DNA of 63,639 nucleotides, filler included, from Octopus bimaculoides (taxonomy: Eukaryota), in the NCBI RefSeq assembly GCF_001194135.2. It is 8 parts of 8 records of this genome, joined end to end, with 100 filler letters (N's around TTAATTAATTAA, not from the genome) between each part and the next. Parts side by side here need not be neighbours in the genome. Positions count along the whole stretch, not along the records: positions 29,667 to 55,983 come from NC_068991.1; 7 more parts are not named here. One strand, given 5' to 3'. How positions within the stretch are numbered: position 1 is the stretch's first letter; the number at the start of each line of letters is the position of its first letter. This document shows, piece after piece, positions 39,390 to 52,878 of this stretch. A program made the translations under genes and the position numbers. The notes beneath the pieces were generated by a model. It was given only the letters and a program-made list of their open reading frames with translations, was not told where the DNA came from and did not search any database.

Positions 39390-40130
39390 TCATACCATTC
39401 TTGGCCCAAATCATTTAACTAAATCATCTTCCTGTCACCATGGAGATATTCTAAAAAGCCTTTTCTGATCTCTTGGATACCACTCAGCAACTGCATGGGT
39501 CCTCCTGATGTCTCTTTGAACCTTGTGACATATCTGGCCCAGTGAAACTTGTGCTTTTGATATTCTGCAATCATATCATTTGCTCTGCTCTGTTCCCAAA
39601 TCATTTCATTTTGGATATACTCTTGCAATGATATTCCTAGCATAGATCTTTCTATTGCCTTTGTGTCATTGCCAATTGATGTTCTTCCTTTTTGTCGTAG
39701 TTCACATCTCATTTGCATATAAACACACAGGCAGGACAGTGCTATTGAAGAGTCTAGCACATATGTTCTTGCCCAGCTTTGCTTTGAGCACATCCTTCAA
39801 GTAAATGCCTTCCATCCTGCCCTTATTCTCTTCCAGATTTCAGCATTCAAGTCTCAGTGCATATTTATTGTGTACTCTAAACAGACACACTCCTTAAACT
39901 CCTCTATTTCATTAATCCCAACTTCCATTCAACCTTGTGCTATGTTTACAGATTGCATGTATTTTGTTTTCATATGGTTCATTGTAAAGCCAACAGCTGA
40001 ACTATCGGTGTCCAATTCTATTGGCATGATCTGCAGCTGATCTTTGACAAGTAAAATGTCATCTGCAAATCAAAGGTGTGTTAGTAGCTGGCCATTGATG
40101 GTCACACCACCTGTCCAGTCTATTTATGAG
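39390..40130 (-). mobile_element. second RTE family, RT and C-terminal region
   Basis: LLTHL*FADDILL, KRIRAGWKAF, IERSMLGISL and KFHWARYV motifs. Confidence 0.8.
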
Positions 40131-40759
40131 GTCTATATCTAAAATGGTTGCTGCCATTCCTAAGGTTCATATAGAAATTTGAGATTATGGACATGTGTCT
40201 GTATTTTAGTAATGGTGAGTTTTTGGTTCAGCTCTGTTGCTCATTTTGTGAACAGTAGGCTTAACCAGTACCATAGCAAAACATACATGTCTTGCTTATC
40301 CAGATGACTGGCAATGTGAGATGAAAATGTATTTTTAATGGAAGTCACTGAAACCTTTCATTGACTAATAATATCCATGGTTGTTGGATCTGTAGTTATT
40401 ATTAATAATACCCTTCAGGATGTAGTGACTCTAGCTGTTGACCTCACAGAGGTTCTTCTGTCCGGCAACATGTGAGTGTTACCATTGGTTAGCAATTGAT
40501 TCTTTGACTAACACTGCACATCAATCCCAATATTTCCCATGGCTTCATTTCTGATTCTAGGGGATTGTCAGATGCTATGCTTTGTCAAAGGGCAGTCCAT
40601 ATATTCTCAAAGAGAACTATTTCAACAAACTCCTTTATTTCATATATCTTGCAGTCGTTCCCCAATAAGCTAGCTGAGTACCCATTGGATAGGAGTTCAC
40701 TCTGCTAATCTCATCCCAGCATGTAAACAATACCCCATTATTATTTTTGGCCCTGCTCA

Positions 40760-41990
40760 ATCTGTAGAAAAGGCATAGGCAGAAACTCCATAAGGTGTAC
40801 CCAGTGTAAGCTATGGACACATAAGAGGTGCAGCAATATCAGAGGAAGGTTAACAAGGAAAGTAGTTTTTGTCTGTGAAAGGTGCACAGGTACAATTAAC
40901 ACCAAAGACGTACAGAAAACGCCAGGGGGAAAAACTGTATAGAAAATTCCATCACATGCCAGTGAGGAAAACTAGAAGTAGTTGATAGCTTCCATTACCT
41001 AGGTGACCAAGTCAGTAGTGAGGGTGGATGCCCTGAGAGTGTAGCTGCTAGAATAAGAATAGCTTGGACAAAGTTCAGAGAGCTCCTACCTTTGTAGGTA
41101 ACAAAGAGCCTCTCTCTCAGAGTGAAAGGTAGACTGTATGATGCCTGTGCGTGTGAGCAGTCATGCTACATACCAGTGAAATATGGGCTGTAACTGCCAA
41201 GGACATGAATAGGCTTGTAAGAAATGAAGCTAGTATGCTTCACTGGATGTATAGTGTCAGTGTGTATGCACGACAGAGTGTAAGCATCCTGAGAGAAAAG
41301 TTGGGCCTAAGAGGCATCAGATGTGGTGTGCAAGAGAGATGACTGTGCTGGTATGGTCATATGATGCCTATGGACAAGGACAACTGTGTGAAGAAGTATC
41401 ACACTCTAATGGTGGAGGGAACCTGTGGGAGAGGTAAACCAAAGAAGACATGGGACAAGGTGTCGAAGCATGATCTTCAAATGTTGGGCCTCACAGAGGC
41501 AACGACAAGTTACCGAGACCTTTAGTGATATTCCGTGCTTGAGATGACCAGTCAAGCCAAGTGAAATCGTAATTATGGCCAATGCCAGTGCCGCCTGACT
41601 GGCACTCATGCTAGTGGCACATAAAAAGCACCATTCAAACGTTGGACCTCACAAAGGCAGTGACAGGTGACCAAGACATTTAGCAATATACCATGCTTGT
41701 GTAGACCTGTCAAGCCAAGTGAGATCATAGTCGTGACTGATACCAGTGTCACATCAATGGTACCTATGTTGGTGGCACAGACAAAGCACCCACTACACTT
41801 TTGGAGTGGTTGGCAATAGGAAGGGCATCCAGCTGTAGAAACCTTGCCAAATTAGATTGGAACCTGATACAGCTCCTTGGCTTACCAGTTTTCAGTCAAA
41901 CCATCCAACCCATGCCAGCAGGGAAAGCAGACATTAAACAATGATGATGATGATAATGATGACGATGATGACGATGATGACGATGACCAT
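40760..41990 (+). mobile_element. RTE LINE 3' half
   Basis: Cys-rich region, ARIRIAWTKFRE and RGKPKKTW motifs, followed by the UTR and (GAT)n. Confidence 0.85.
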
Positions 41991-42639
41991 GATGATGATT
42001 GTACATACGTGATACATATACTTCTGTCTCTATCACCTTACTGCCTCCTACATACTGATATTTCCCTGTCATCCACACCTCTACCCTTCTCAATTACTCC
42101 CTATATTCACCTCCACCCCCATATGCAACCACCAGTTACCCTCCTCTTGCACTCTTAAGAAATTATCCTACATTTCCACCCCAATCTATTGTCAATAGTC
42201 TCTTTTATACTCATCTTCTTGTTCCTTGAGAGTTCACTGTGGCATCCCGTCACCATCATCTTTATTTTCTTCCCAACTACTTCCATCTACCCTTATAAAA
42301 TACTGGATATCTTCTATAGCCAGACACCAGTACTTGTCCCTCTGTCATACTTCAACACCTCCATCTCCCTCAAATAGTATCATTAAGTCAAGGGTGCTTT
42401 TTCTTTTCTCTTTTCTTTTCTTTGTCTTGCAAATTACCTAGCAATCTCACTAGTGCCTCTATCATGAGAAAAGCACCCAGTACTGTAAAGTGGTTAGCAT
42501 TAGGAAGAGAATAGAAACCATGCCAAAGCTGACATTGGAGCCCAATGCATTCCTCCGATTCACTGGGTCCTGTCAAAGCATCCAGCCCATGCCAGCATGG
42601 AGAACAAATGTTAAACAATGATGATGATGATGATGATGC

Positions 42640-42690
<51 letters not shown>

Positions 42691-42954
42691 CAATGACGAT
42701 GATAATGATTTAAGTGACTGTACACAGCTGATGTTATTTCTAGTTGTAAACAGAGAGCTTAGATTACCATGCATTTGTTAGATTCCTGAATTCTGTCAGT
42801 TTTACTCTCAGAGGAAGAAAACCAAATAATTTTACAAAATCTTCCCAAGTGCAATGTACTTAGAGCTATCATTCTTCATTAATATTGATGCTTCTCAGAG
42901 AAAAAAAAAACCTATATCTTTACTTATTCAAGTGAAACTAAATAATTTTCTCAC

Positions 42955-43139
42955 CCAAAACAGCCAATAATGAAAGATCAATAACATTTTAGTGTGGAGG
43001 ATGTTATTGGAGAGCGAAGAGTTCTCAGATAACTGAACCAACATCCTATTTTTACTTTCCATTTGGAACTGTGTTTCATTTACATATCTAATACCATTGG
43101 GAAAGGCTTGAACATCACAGCTGTCCATTCCCAACTCTG
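42955..43139 (-). CDS. ZIP-like transporter exon 3, ectodomain (SELGMDSCDVQAFPNGIRYVNETQF...FHYWLFW)
   Basis: ttttag acceptor and GG|GTGAGA donor. 185 nt, open only in the phase-1 frame that matches exon 2. N-glycosylation sequons NET and NSS. The true donor could be earlier. Confidence 0.55.
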
Positions 43140-43364
43140 CTAAAATGCTAAAACATGAAGTTCATATATTAACATTTATAAGTGGCTGTGAAGCAGAGAT
43201 AAGGTACTGATGATCAAAATCCACAATGCAGTTTCAATTCATAGCTGTTGTTACTTACATTGTTAACGTAATGCCTAAGAAACGTATGAATACCACATAA
43301 TTTCATTTCTCAATTTTTAGGGGGCTTTTGCCAATTCAAGATCTCTCTCTCATTTTCTTTATAA

Positions 43365-43401
<37 letters not shown>

Positions 43402-43912
43402 TAAATGTGCCCTTTTAAAACCTAACCAGGCTCATGGGCCCGGTTTCCCGGTTTCAATGGCATATGCATTCACCAGCTGGACGGGACGCCANNNNNNNNN
43501 NNNNNNNNNNNNNNNNNNNNNNNNNNNNNNNNNNNNNNNNNNNNNNNNNNNNNNNNNNNNNNNNNNNNNNNNNNNNNNNNNNNNNNNNNNNNNNNNNNNN
43601 NNNNNNNNNNNNNNNNNNNNNNNNNNNNNNNNNNNNNNNNNNNNNNNNNNNNNNNNNNNNNNNNNNNNNNNNNNNNNNNNNNNNNNNNNNNNNNNNNNNN
43701 NNNNNNNNNNNNNNNNNNNNNNNNNNNNNNNNNNNNNNNNNNNNNNNNNNNNNNNNNNNNNNNNNNNNNNNNNNNNNNNNNNNNNNNNNNNNNNNNNNNN
43801 NNNNNNNNNNNNNNNNNNNNNNNNNNNNNNNNNNNNNNNNNNNNNNNNNNNNNNNNNNNNNNNNNNNNNNNNNNNNNNNNNNNNNNNNNNNNNNNNNNNN
43901 NNNNNNNNNNNN

Positions 43913-43946
<34 letters not shown>

Positions 43947-44499
43947 AGGGTATAAAAAGGATAAGTTATCCTGGTGGATACCATATTATCTCACAAATTG
44001 GTATAGATGCTGGCTATCCACAATGCTCTAATTACATAGTACTAAAGCTTAAAGCTTCATTCATTGGGTAGTTCCATGTTCCTATTCAGAACTGCAAATA
44101 TTCTGTAGAGTATATAATTGATAATGAAGAGGAGAGTGGGGATTTATTCACATCCAAAATTTTTCTACTAAAATGTTTTCTACAGAATATGTAACTCTGA
44201 CCTACATATGTTTTGATTGCAGTGACTACACATTGCTCTGTATGCAATTATGCATTCTAGTAACCCAACTGGGTATCAGGCTAGGAACTATGGTTTGACA
44301 ATCAATGAAATAGAAGCTACCCAAACAAATTTCTACATTAGCCTGGAAGTGAAAGATGTGAATCCTAAAAAGAGCAGTACTCAGAATGTCATCTATGTAG
44401 GAAAAAGTAATAGCTTAGAAGATAGACAAGAGAATTTAGAGATCACCTCTAGTGAAACTGAAGCGAAAACTATCAATGGAAGTAGTAGAACTATCAAAT

Positions 44500-44905
44500 G
44501 CAATTGTGCAAAGTAGAGGGTCTGTCTGCTTAACTCTAATCATAGGTATAAAGATATCGTATACAGATGTAAGGTTACCTCAGAGAATAGGGAGTACTTC
44601 TATATAGGAGCTAGCTCATGTTATATTAAGCAAAGAATTGCCAGTCATTTAAATATAGGAACAAAATGAATACTACTAACTTTAGTAAACTAATCTGGGC
44701 ACTAAAAGATAGTAACAAAATCATATTTCATTGCTTGGGAAATAATTAGTAAGGCAAAACCTTATAGAATAGGTGATAATAGATGTGACTCTTGTATGGA
44801 AGAAATGTACCAAATTTTCACTTCTAAATTTACTCTTATAAGCACAAGACAGAAACAGGCTCTAAGATGTCCACACTTGAGAAAATATATGTTTAAATAG
44901 TTTCA
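44500..44905 (+). mobile_element. Penelope-like GIY-YIG endonuclease remnant
   Basis: CNCAK...KDIVYRCKVTSENREYFYIGASS..KQRIASH...SKLIWALK...WEIISKAKPY..RCDSC..RCPH. Confidence 0.85.
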
Positions 44906-45562
44906 AGAAACACAACTGACCATCTATAGTAATTATGCTAATTACAAAAACGATTGTAATAATGATATTTATACAAATAATACTGCTACTACTACTAATA
45001 ATAATAACAATAATATCATTTGAGGGTATAAACCCAAAATAAGTAAAATACCTCAGAATAAATAATGTATTTGATGCAGCAGCATGCAAACAAAACTGCT
45101 ACAATTAATTGAAATCTGAATAAATGTTTTAAAATCATGCTTCAACCGTAATACCAGTAGAGGTGTTTATAAGACCAGAATTCCTCCATTGGATTTAAAA
45201 ATAACGCTATCACCTTCAACTGTATACCAACACAGGACACTTGTGTGAATCAGTTCACTTTGAAAATGTCATGAGTGATGGAGCCTTGGTGAAATTGCAG
45301 TGACTAGAATGCATAATTGCATACAGAGCAATGTGCAGTCACTGCAGTCAAAATATATATAAGTCAGAGTTATATATGCTGTAGAAAACTATTTAATAAA
45401 AAAGTTTTAAATGTGAATAAATCTACACACACACACATCTGTATTATTAATATTTGGCAGAAGTAAGAGTGACTCAAGGGCCGAGAATTTCATACATTAG
45501 CATTTATCTAACTAGTTACAGATTTGTAATTAGTTACTTCTGCCAAGTATATACAAAAAATA

Positions 45563-45783
45563 TAAAGAAGTGGGTGCTGAAAAGTTTCTGACTTTAAGGG
45601 TATCATGAAAGCCCTGGCTGGAGACCCACCCTTCCAAGTTCTTTTACATGGCTTAGAAAAACTGAAGGACTGCTGCAATAAGTATGTGAATCTGAGAGGG
45701 GAATATGTTGTATAAAGTCATAATTAACTGATTCTCCTGTATTTCTTTTACCCAAAGCCAGCAACTTTTCAGCACCTTGTCAT
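45563..45783. mobile_element. mariner-derived MITE
   Basis: TIR GGTGCTGAAAAGTT(T/G)CTG(A/G)CTT at both ends; a partial end recurs at 63363-63410. Confidence 0.7.
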
Positions 45784-45844
45784 ATATATTTATATTTTGT
45801 ATTCTTTTTCCTGCTTGCATAATCAAACTCATTAATATATATCA

Positions 45845-46800
45845 TCATCATCATCGTCTAACGTCTGCTTTTCATGCTAGCATGGGTTGGACGATTTGAC
45901 TGAGGACTAGTGAACCGGATGGCTGCACCAGGCTCCAATCTGATCTGGCAGAGTTTCTACAGCTGGATGCCCTTCCTAACACCAACCACTCCGAGAGTGT
46001 AGTGGGTGCTTTTACATACCACCGGCACAAGGGCCAGTCACGCAGTACTAGCAACGGACACGCTCAAAATGGTGTTTTTTATGTACCACCTGCACAGGAG
46101 CCAGTCCAGCGGCACTGGCATTGACCTCGCTTGAATGATTTTCTAACGTGCCACCGGCACAAGTGCCAGTAAGGCGACACTGGTAACGATCACACTCAAA
46201 TGGTGCTATATACATTCCACTAGCACGGAAGCCAGACAGCTGCTCTGGCAATGATCACACTCGGATGGTGCTGTTAGTGCTCCACTGGCACAGGTGCAGG
46301 TCATCGAATATGGTTCAATTACAATTTCGATTTCACTTGCCCCAACAGATCTTTGGAAGCAGTTTAGTGTCCAATGAAGGAGAGGTTGGCATGGGTGCCA
46401 GTCGTCGANNNNNNNNNNGATACGAATAAGTGAGCTGGCTACACTTCTGACAGAGGCCACAGATTATGCTCTTACTTGGCTTGCCGGGTCTTCTCACGTA
46501 CTGCATATTTCCAAAGGTCCCGGTCACTAGTCATTGCCTTGGTGAGGCCTAAAGTTTGAAGGTTATGTTTCACCAACTCATCCCAGGTCTTCCTGGGTCT
46601 ACCTCTTCCACAGGTTCCTTCAGCTGCTAGGGTGTGACACTTTTTCACACAGCTATCCTCATCCATTCTTGCCACATGACCATACCAGTGCAATCGTCTC
46701 TCTTGCACACCACAACTGATGCTTCTTAGGTCTAACTTTTCTCTCAAGATACTTACACTCTGTCAAGTATGCACACTGACATTACACATCCATCGGGCAT
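45845..46800 (-). mobile_element. RTE LINE 3' end
   Basis: ORF 46472-46747 MREKLDLRSISCGVQERRLHWYGHVARMDEDSC...RGRPRKTW plus the UTR. Confidence 0.9.
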
Positions 46801-47121
46801 ACTGGCTTCGTTTCTTGTGAGCTGGAGGGACAGTTTGACAGGAGCTGGCCAGCTAGAGGGATGTACAAGGCTCCAATTGTCTGATTGGTATGATTTCTAT
46901 GGCTGGATGCCCTTCCTAATGCCAACCACTTTACAGAGCATACTGAGTGCTTTTTACACGGCACTGGCACAGGTGATTTTTATGTGGTACTGATACATCA
47001 TCATCATTTAACATTCATTGTCCTTGCTGGAATTGGTTGGATGGTATGATCAAAGCTGACAAGCTGGGGAGCTGCGTATACATATATACACATAGATATA
47101 CATATACATATATACATATAC

Positions 47122-47173
<52 letters not shown>

Positions 47174-49501
47174 CAATAAGAAAATGGAGGGGAGTATGAG
47201 GTACTCATCAACTTGCAGACACTATATTCCATTGATTAATCTGTTTATTTTATAACCAAAATGACAATAAAGACAATATACAGACACTTATGACATACCA
47301 TGTCATATCAACAATTAAGATTTCAAATTTAATGGACATCTAGCAATTGGAGAAGGGACATACATATAAAGTTTTTCATCTAATGACATAATGTAATAGG
47401 TTTGTACTATAAGTGGTTGGGTTGGTCACCACTAAAACACCAGCTTGAGCTCCAACTGAAAGAAGGCGATGTTGAAGCTGCCTGTCAAAGATGGCTAGTA
47501 GTGGTTCATTGTTGAGCAGGTAGATATACAATAGAAACAGAGAATGAACAAGCAAAGCATGGTGTATCACTTTAAAGTATTTGATTTATAATTTAAACAT
47601 ACAATTGACATGCTTAGCTATTCTAGAAATAGCTGTAAGAGACTTTACATATTTACTATAACTACTCTGCTCTATGTTTAAAACCTAAATGCTCTTTAGC
47701 CTCATCAATATGCTGCTGATCACCCAAAAGGCATATCTTTAACTTGGGTCATGGAATATACACAACTTTACTGTACCAGAAAACTTCTTATCTTTCTGAT
47801 TACTGTAGTTCTTCAGGGTAATTTGTAGATCTAAGTTTTAATTAAAGCATTTTCTACTTTAATGATGATCTCAATGAGGGTGAAGATAAATACCAGTAAT
47901 ATACAGGATCACATGCGTGTATGTGTGTGTGTGTATGTGTACATTTGTGTCTCATACCTAATGCATATATAGCATATACAGTATTGAAAGGCATGATGCT
48001 GTAGTTTAGTCTAAGAGAAAATCTTTTCGTAGACATGTTACGTTAAAAACACAATATATATTGTAGCATGACAAACGTCCTAGCAGTGACTGATGAGAAC
48101 ATCAGATGTATTTCAGCCTTTTTATGCCTTGTCAATACCCCATCATCACATGCCTAGATGAAATTTGTGTCCACCCACCCACTTGATATATAACAAACAG
48201 GAAATAATATATTCACTGATGTTGCAAAAAACCTGCTTCACTGAATAAAATTCAGTGTACACAAATAAAACAGCATCATATAAATACAGCTGTTTGTGTA
48301 CAATACACATCATATATGTACCTTTGAAAGGCATCATACTGTTGATTTTATTTAAAGTGTCTAATGTCTGGTGTCCCCATGAGTCACTGCTGGGATGGTG
48401 TTTGTCTCACCCTGATTTATATTGTGTTTTTAACACATGATTATGAAGAGATTTTCTCTCAGACATACTTTTCAATGGTATGCATACCTTAGGTGTGGTA
48501 TATAGAGGGCTATTTTAATTTAATGCTATTTCGATTACTTGCGCATAAAGTGTGTGTGTGTGTGTGAGTTCTATCTTATTTATGCTATTCAGCATTATTA
48601 TTATGCGTTTGAGAATAAAATATTTCCATATCTGTATATTTCAATACATCTCAATGCTTCTAAAAAAGCAAACTTCATTTGTTTACATACTTCATAATTT
48701 CACATATAGCGTCTATAAAAGCTAAATTTATAAGTTCAAAAATTGCAGACGAATTTGTTAGGAGCAGTTTAGCTTAAAGGTAAAGCACTATGACTGGTAA
48801 TCACAGAGACGTGAGTTTGAGTTTCATGGCTGGCTGCTAACAAATTTTTCTGCAGTATAAGGATGTTCTCTCCCATATATGCTATTCAGCATTATTATTT
48901 CCATGTNNNNNNNNNNNNNNNNNNNNNNNNNNNNNNNNNNNNNNNNNNNNNNNNNNNNNNNNNNNNNNNNNNNNNNNNNNNNNNNNNNNNNNNNNNNNNN
49001 NNNNNNNNNNNNNNNNNNNNNNNNNNNNNNNNNNNNNNNNNNNNNNNNNNNNNNNNNNNNNNNNNNNNNNNNNNNNNNNNNNNNNNNNNNNNNNNNNNNN
49101 NNNNNNNNNNNNNNNNNNNNNNNNNNNNNNNNNNNNNNNNNNNNNNNNNNNNNNNNNNNNNNNNNNNNNNNNNNNNNNNNNNNNNNNNNNNNNNNNNNNN
49201 NNNNNNNNNNNNNNNNNNNNNNNNNNNNNNNNNNNNNNNNNNNNNNNNNNNNNNNNNNNNNNNNNNNNNNNNNNNNNNNNNNNNNNNNNNNNNNNNNNNN
49301 NNNNNNNNNNNNNNNNNNNNNNNNNNNNNNNNNNNNNNNNNNNNNNNNNNNNNNNNNNNNNNNNNNNNNNNNNNNNNNNNNNNNNNNNNNNNNNNNNNNN
49401 NNNNNNNNNNNNNNNNNNNNNNNNNNNNNNNNNNNNNNNNNNNNNNNNNNNNNNNNNNNNNNNNNNNNNNNNNNNNNNNNNNNNNNNNNNNNNNNNNNNN
49501 N

Positions 49502-49569
<68 letters not shown>

Positions 49570-49840
49570 TGTATGTGTGTGTGTGTTTGTGTGTCTGTGT
49601 TTGTCCCCCCACCACATCGCTTGATAACCAATGCTGGTGTGTTTATGTCTCCGTAACTTAGAAGTTCAGCAAAAGAGACTGATAGTATAAGTACTAGGCT
49701 TGCAAAGAATAAGTCTTGGGGGTCAATTTGCTCGACTAAAGGCAGTGCTCCAGCATGGCCACAGTCAAATGACTGAAACAAATAAAAGAATAAAAGAATA
49801 TATATATAGGTGTGTGTGTGTGTGTACATGTGTGTGTGTA

Positions 49841-50141
49841 TATATATAATTTAGAGAAAAGAACCAAAGTTCATGAACTCATCCATGAAAATCCACAGTC
49901 ACATATAGAAAAATTTAATAGGTAAATACACTAAAAAGAAGTATAATAGAATACAAAGTAATAATCATAAAATAATATTATTTTATTATTTTATTATTAT
50001 TATTTTATTATTTTATGATTATTACTTTGTATTTTATTATACTTCTTTTTAGTGTATTTACTTATTAAATTTTTCTATATGTGACTGTGGATTTTCATGG
50101 ATGAGTTCATGAACTTTGATTCTTTTCTCTAAATTATATAT
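49841..50141. repeat. near-perfect inverted repeat, about 136-bp arms and about 28-bp AT loop
   Basis: The arms differ at only 3 positions. Confidence 0.9.
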
Positions 50142-50814
50142 TTATATATTATATACTGTGAAACTTAATTTAATTTTAATTTTTGATAAATTGAATTTAA
50201 TTGAGTTTTTAACCTGTACATTTGGATTCTTATCCCTAATATTATCATCATCATCATCATCATCANNNNNNNNNNNNNNNNNNNNNNNNNNNNNNNNNNN
50301 NNNNNNNNNNNNNNNNNNNNNNNNNNNNNNNNNNNNNNNNNNNNNNNNNNNNNNNNNNNNNNNNNNNNNNNNNNNNNNNNNNNNNNNNNNNNNNNNNNNN
50401 NNNNNNNNNNNNNNNNNNNNNNNNNNNNNNNNNNNNNNNNNNNNNNNNNNNNNNNNNNNNNNNNNNNNNNNNNNNNNNNNNNNNNNNNNNNNNNNNNNNN
50501 NNNNNNNNNNNNNNNNNNNNNNNNNNNNNNNNNNNNNNNNNNNNNNNNNNNNNNNNNNNNNNNNNNNNNNNNNNNNNNNNNNNNNNNNNNNNNNNNNNNN
50601 NNNNNNNNNNNNNNNNNNNNNNNNNNNNNNNNNNNNNNNNNNNNNNNNNNNNNNNNNNNNNNNNNNNNNNNNNNNNNNNNNNNNNNNNNNNNNNNNNNNN
50701 NNNNNNNNNNNNNNNNNNNNNNNNNNNNNNNNNNNNNNNNNNNNNNNNNNNNNNNNNNNNNNNNNNNNNNNNNNNNNNNNNNNNNNNNNNNNNNNNNNNN
50801 NNNNNNNNNNNNNN

Positions 50815-51130
50815 ATCCTCATTCATTCTCACCACATGTCCAAACCAGCGCAATTGGCTCTCTTGCACACCACTACTGATGCTTCTTATGTTCAGCTTTT
50901 CTCTCAAGATACTTACACTCTGACGGGTATGCACATTTACATTACACATCCAGCGGAGCATACTGGCTTCGTTCCTTGCGAGCTTACGCATGTCCTCAGC
51001 AGTCACAGCCCATGTTTCACTGCCATGTAGCATGGCTGTTCATACACATGCGTCATACAGTCTGCCTTTTACTCTGAGTGAGAGTCCCTTTGTCGCCAGC
51101 AGAGGTAAGAGCTCTCTAAACTTGGCCCAG
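50815..51130 (-). mobile_element. RTE LINE fragment
   Basis: MLHGSETWAVTAEDMRKLARNEASMLRWMC...LRWFGHVVRMNED. Confidence 0.9.
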
Positions 51131-51159
51131 TATGTATGTATGTATGTATGTGTGTATTC

Positions 51160-51340
51160 CTAGCAGTGGGGAGTTAGAAGCTTCACAGAAAGGAAAATGG
51201 CAACATTATTTAAAAGATTTGCATTTTCGAGCTCAAAGCTGGGAAGAGTAATAAGGAGGATACAGGAGGCAGTCGACAAAGCCAGCTTCTATATATGACT
51301 GAAACAAGAAGACCCAAAATGGCTCGAAAGCCATAACATG
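51160..51340 (+). mobile_element. HERO/NeSL-type LINE, C-terminal endonuclease fragment
   Basis: WGVRSFTERKMATLFKRF...RRIQEAVDKASFYI*LKQEDPKW resembles EVGCRGF...AEKAS.WIW.KR....W. Confidence 0.6.
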
Positions 51341-52253
51341 CCGACTGGGAAATAGCATTGCTAGGTGAGACTGGCTGGCACTTAAGCAGCACTTCTGCTT
51401 GACAGGTGGGCCATGGGAGCGATCTTGTTCATTGCACACCCTCCTCTCTGTTGGTTTGAAAGCTTGTACCACCAGACATCCAGTCAGCTCTGGCTGCTGG
51501 AACTGAAAATAACCCAAAACTGTTGGAAGGTAGGTTTAGAGAGGGCGCGGGCCAAAACTACACATCCTTCCTCTCCATTGGTCAGTTGAAACTTTGATAG
51601 TGTCATGTGACAGTTATCTGGTACTTGGTGCTGGAGCCTACTGGCAAGTATTTAAAGGGAAATTTGGCAGGATGGTCATTTGCCTGCTGACATTTGTTGA
51701 TGCTGCATCGAAGAAACCAAAGAACAAAAGGCCAAAGAAAAAAGGAGAAAGAAAAAATGCACTTAACACTAGAGCAGAAGATGCCTCTGAAAGTGGGTGG
51801 GGATGGTGAAGAGAAGTAGAGGCCGAAACCGGACATGGTTCCTCCTGATGATGTCTTTAGCCACTGGATCTTATAAAAGAGCTATTGAGGTAGTGAACCA
51901 CGAAACGTGGTTGGAATTCCTATATATATATATATATATATATGATTATATGTATTTATTTTCTCTTAACATTTAACTCCGACAAAATAATTTGGTTNNN
52001 NNNNNNNNNNNNNNNNNNNNNNNNNNNNNNNNNNNNNNNNNNNNNNNNNNNNNNNNNNNNNNNNNNNNNNNNNNNNNNNNNNNNNNNNNNNNNNNNNNNN
52101 NNNNNNNNNNNNNNNNNNNNNNNNNNNNNNNNNNNNNNNNNNNNNNNNNNNNNNNNNNNNNNNNNNNNNNNNNNNNNNNNNNNNNNNNNNNNNNNNNNNN
52201 NNNNNNNNNNNNNNNNNNNNNNNNNNNNNNNNNNNNNNNNNNNNNNNNNNNNN

Positions 52254-52598
52254 CATAAACAACCTTGCCCGGACTTGTGCCTCGGAGGGTAACTTTCTAG
52301 GTGCAATCCCATGGTCATTCATGACCGAAGGGGGTCTCAGAGATATATGGATCAAAACAGTTTGATTCAAACTCCTTGGCACTCTGAGTTTCAAGTGTGT
52401 CACTTGACTTTGACCATTGGGTGACATAAATCTGTTGGCCAAAGACTAGCAACATGCTTGAATCTCAGGGTACCAAAGAGTTTGAATCAAACTGTTTTGA
52501 TCCATATATCTCTGAGACCCCCTTCGGTCATGAATGACCATGGGATTGCACCTAGAAAGTTACCCTCCGAGGCACAAGTCCGGGCAAGGTTGTTTATG
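52254..52598. repeat. inverted duplication with 142-bp arms, including the end of a SINE
   Basis: The outer 121 bp of the arms are identical; the innermost 21 bp carry 4 mismatches; the spacer is about 60 bp. Confidence 0.9.
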
Positions 52599-52820
52599 GA
52601 AGGCCAGCAGTCACCCATGCATACCAGCCTCCTCTCTCCACATCACTGATACAGCTTGGCACCAGTGATGTCGCAACTCATTTCTACAGCTGAGTTAACT
52701 GGAGCAACATGAAATAAAATGTCTTGCTCAAGAACACAACACGTAGCCCGGTCCGGGAATCAAACTCATAACCTCACGATCGTAAGCTCAACACTCTAAC
52801 CACTGAGCCATGTGCCTTCA
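52518..52820 (-). mobile_element. tRNA-SINE family D
   Basis: Minus-strand head GTGAAGGCACATGGCTCAGTGGTTAGAGTG...GAGTTTGATTCCCGG. Confidence 0.8.
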
Positions 52821-52822
52821 CA

Positions 52823-52878
<56 letters not shown>

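Noticed and set aside
47376-47570. Hydrophobic 64-aa minus-strand ORF
   Set aside because: No convincing splice donor and no recognisable family motif.
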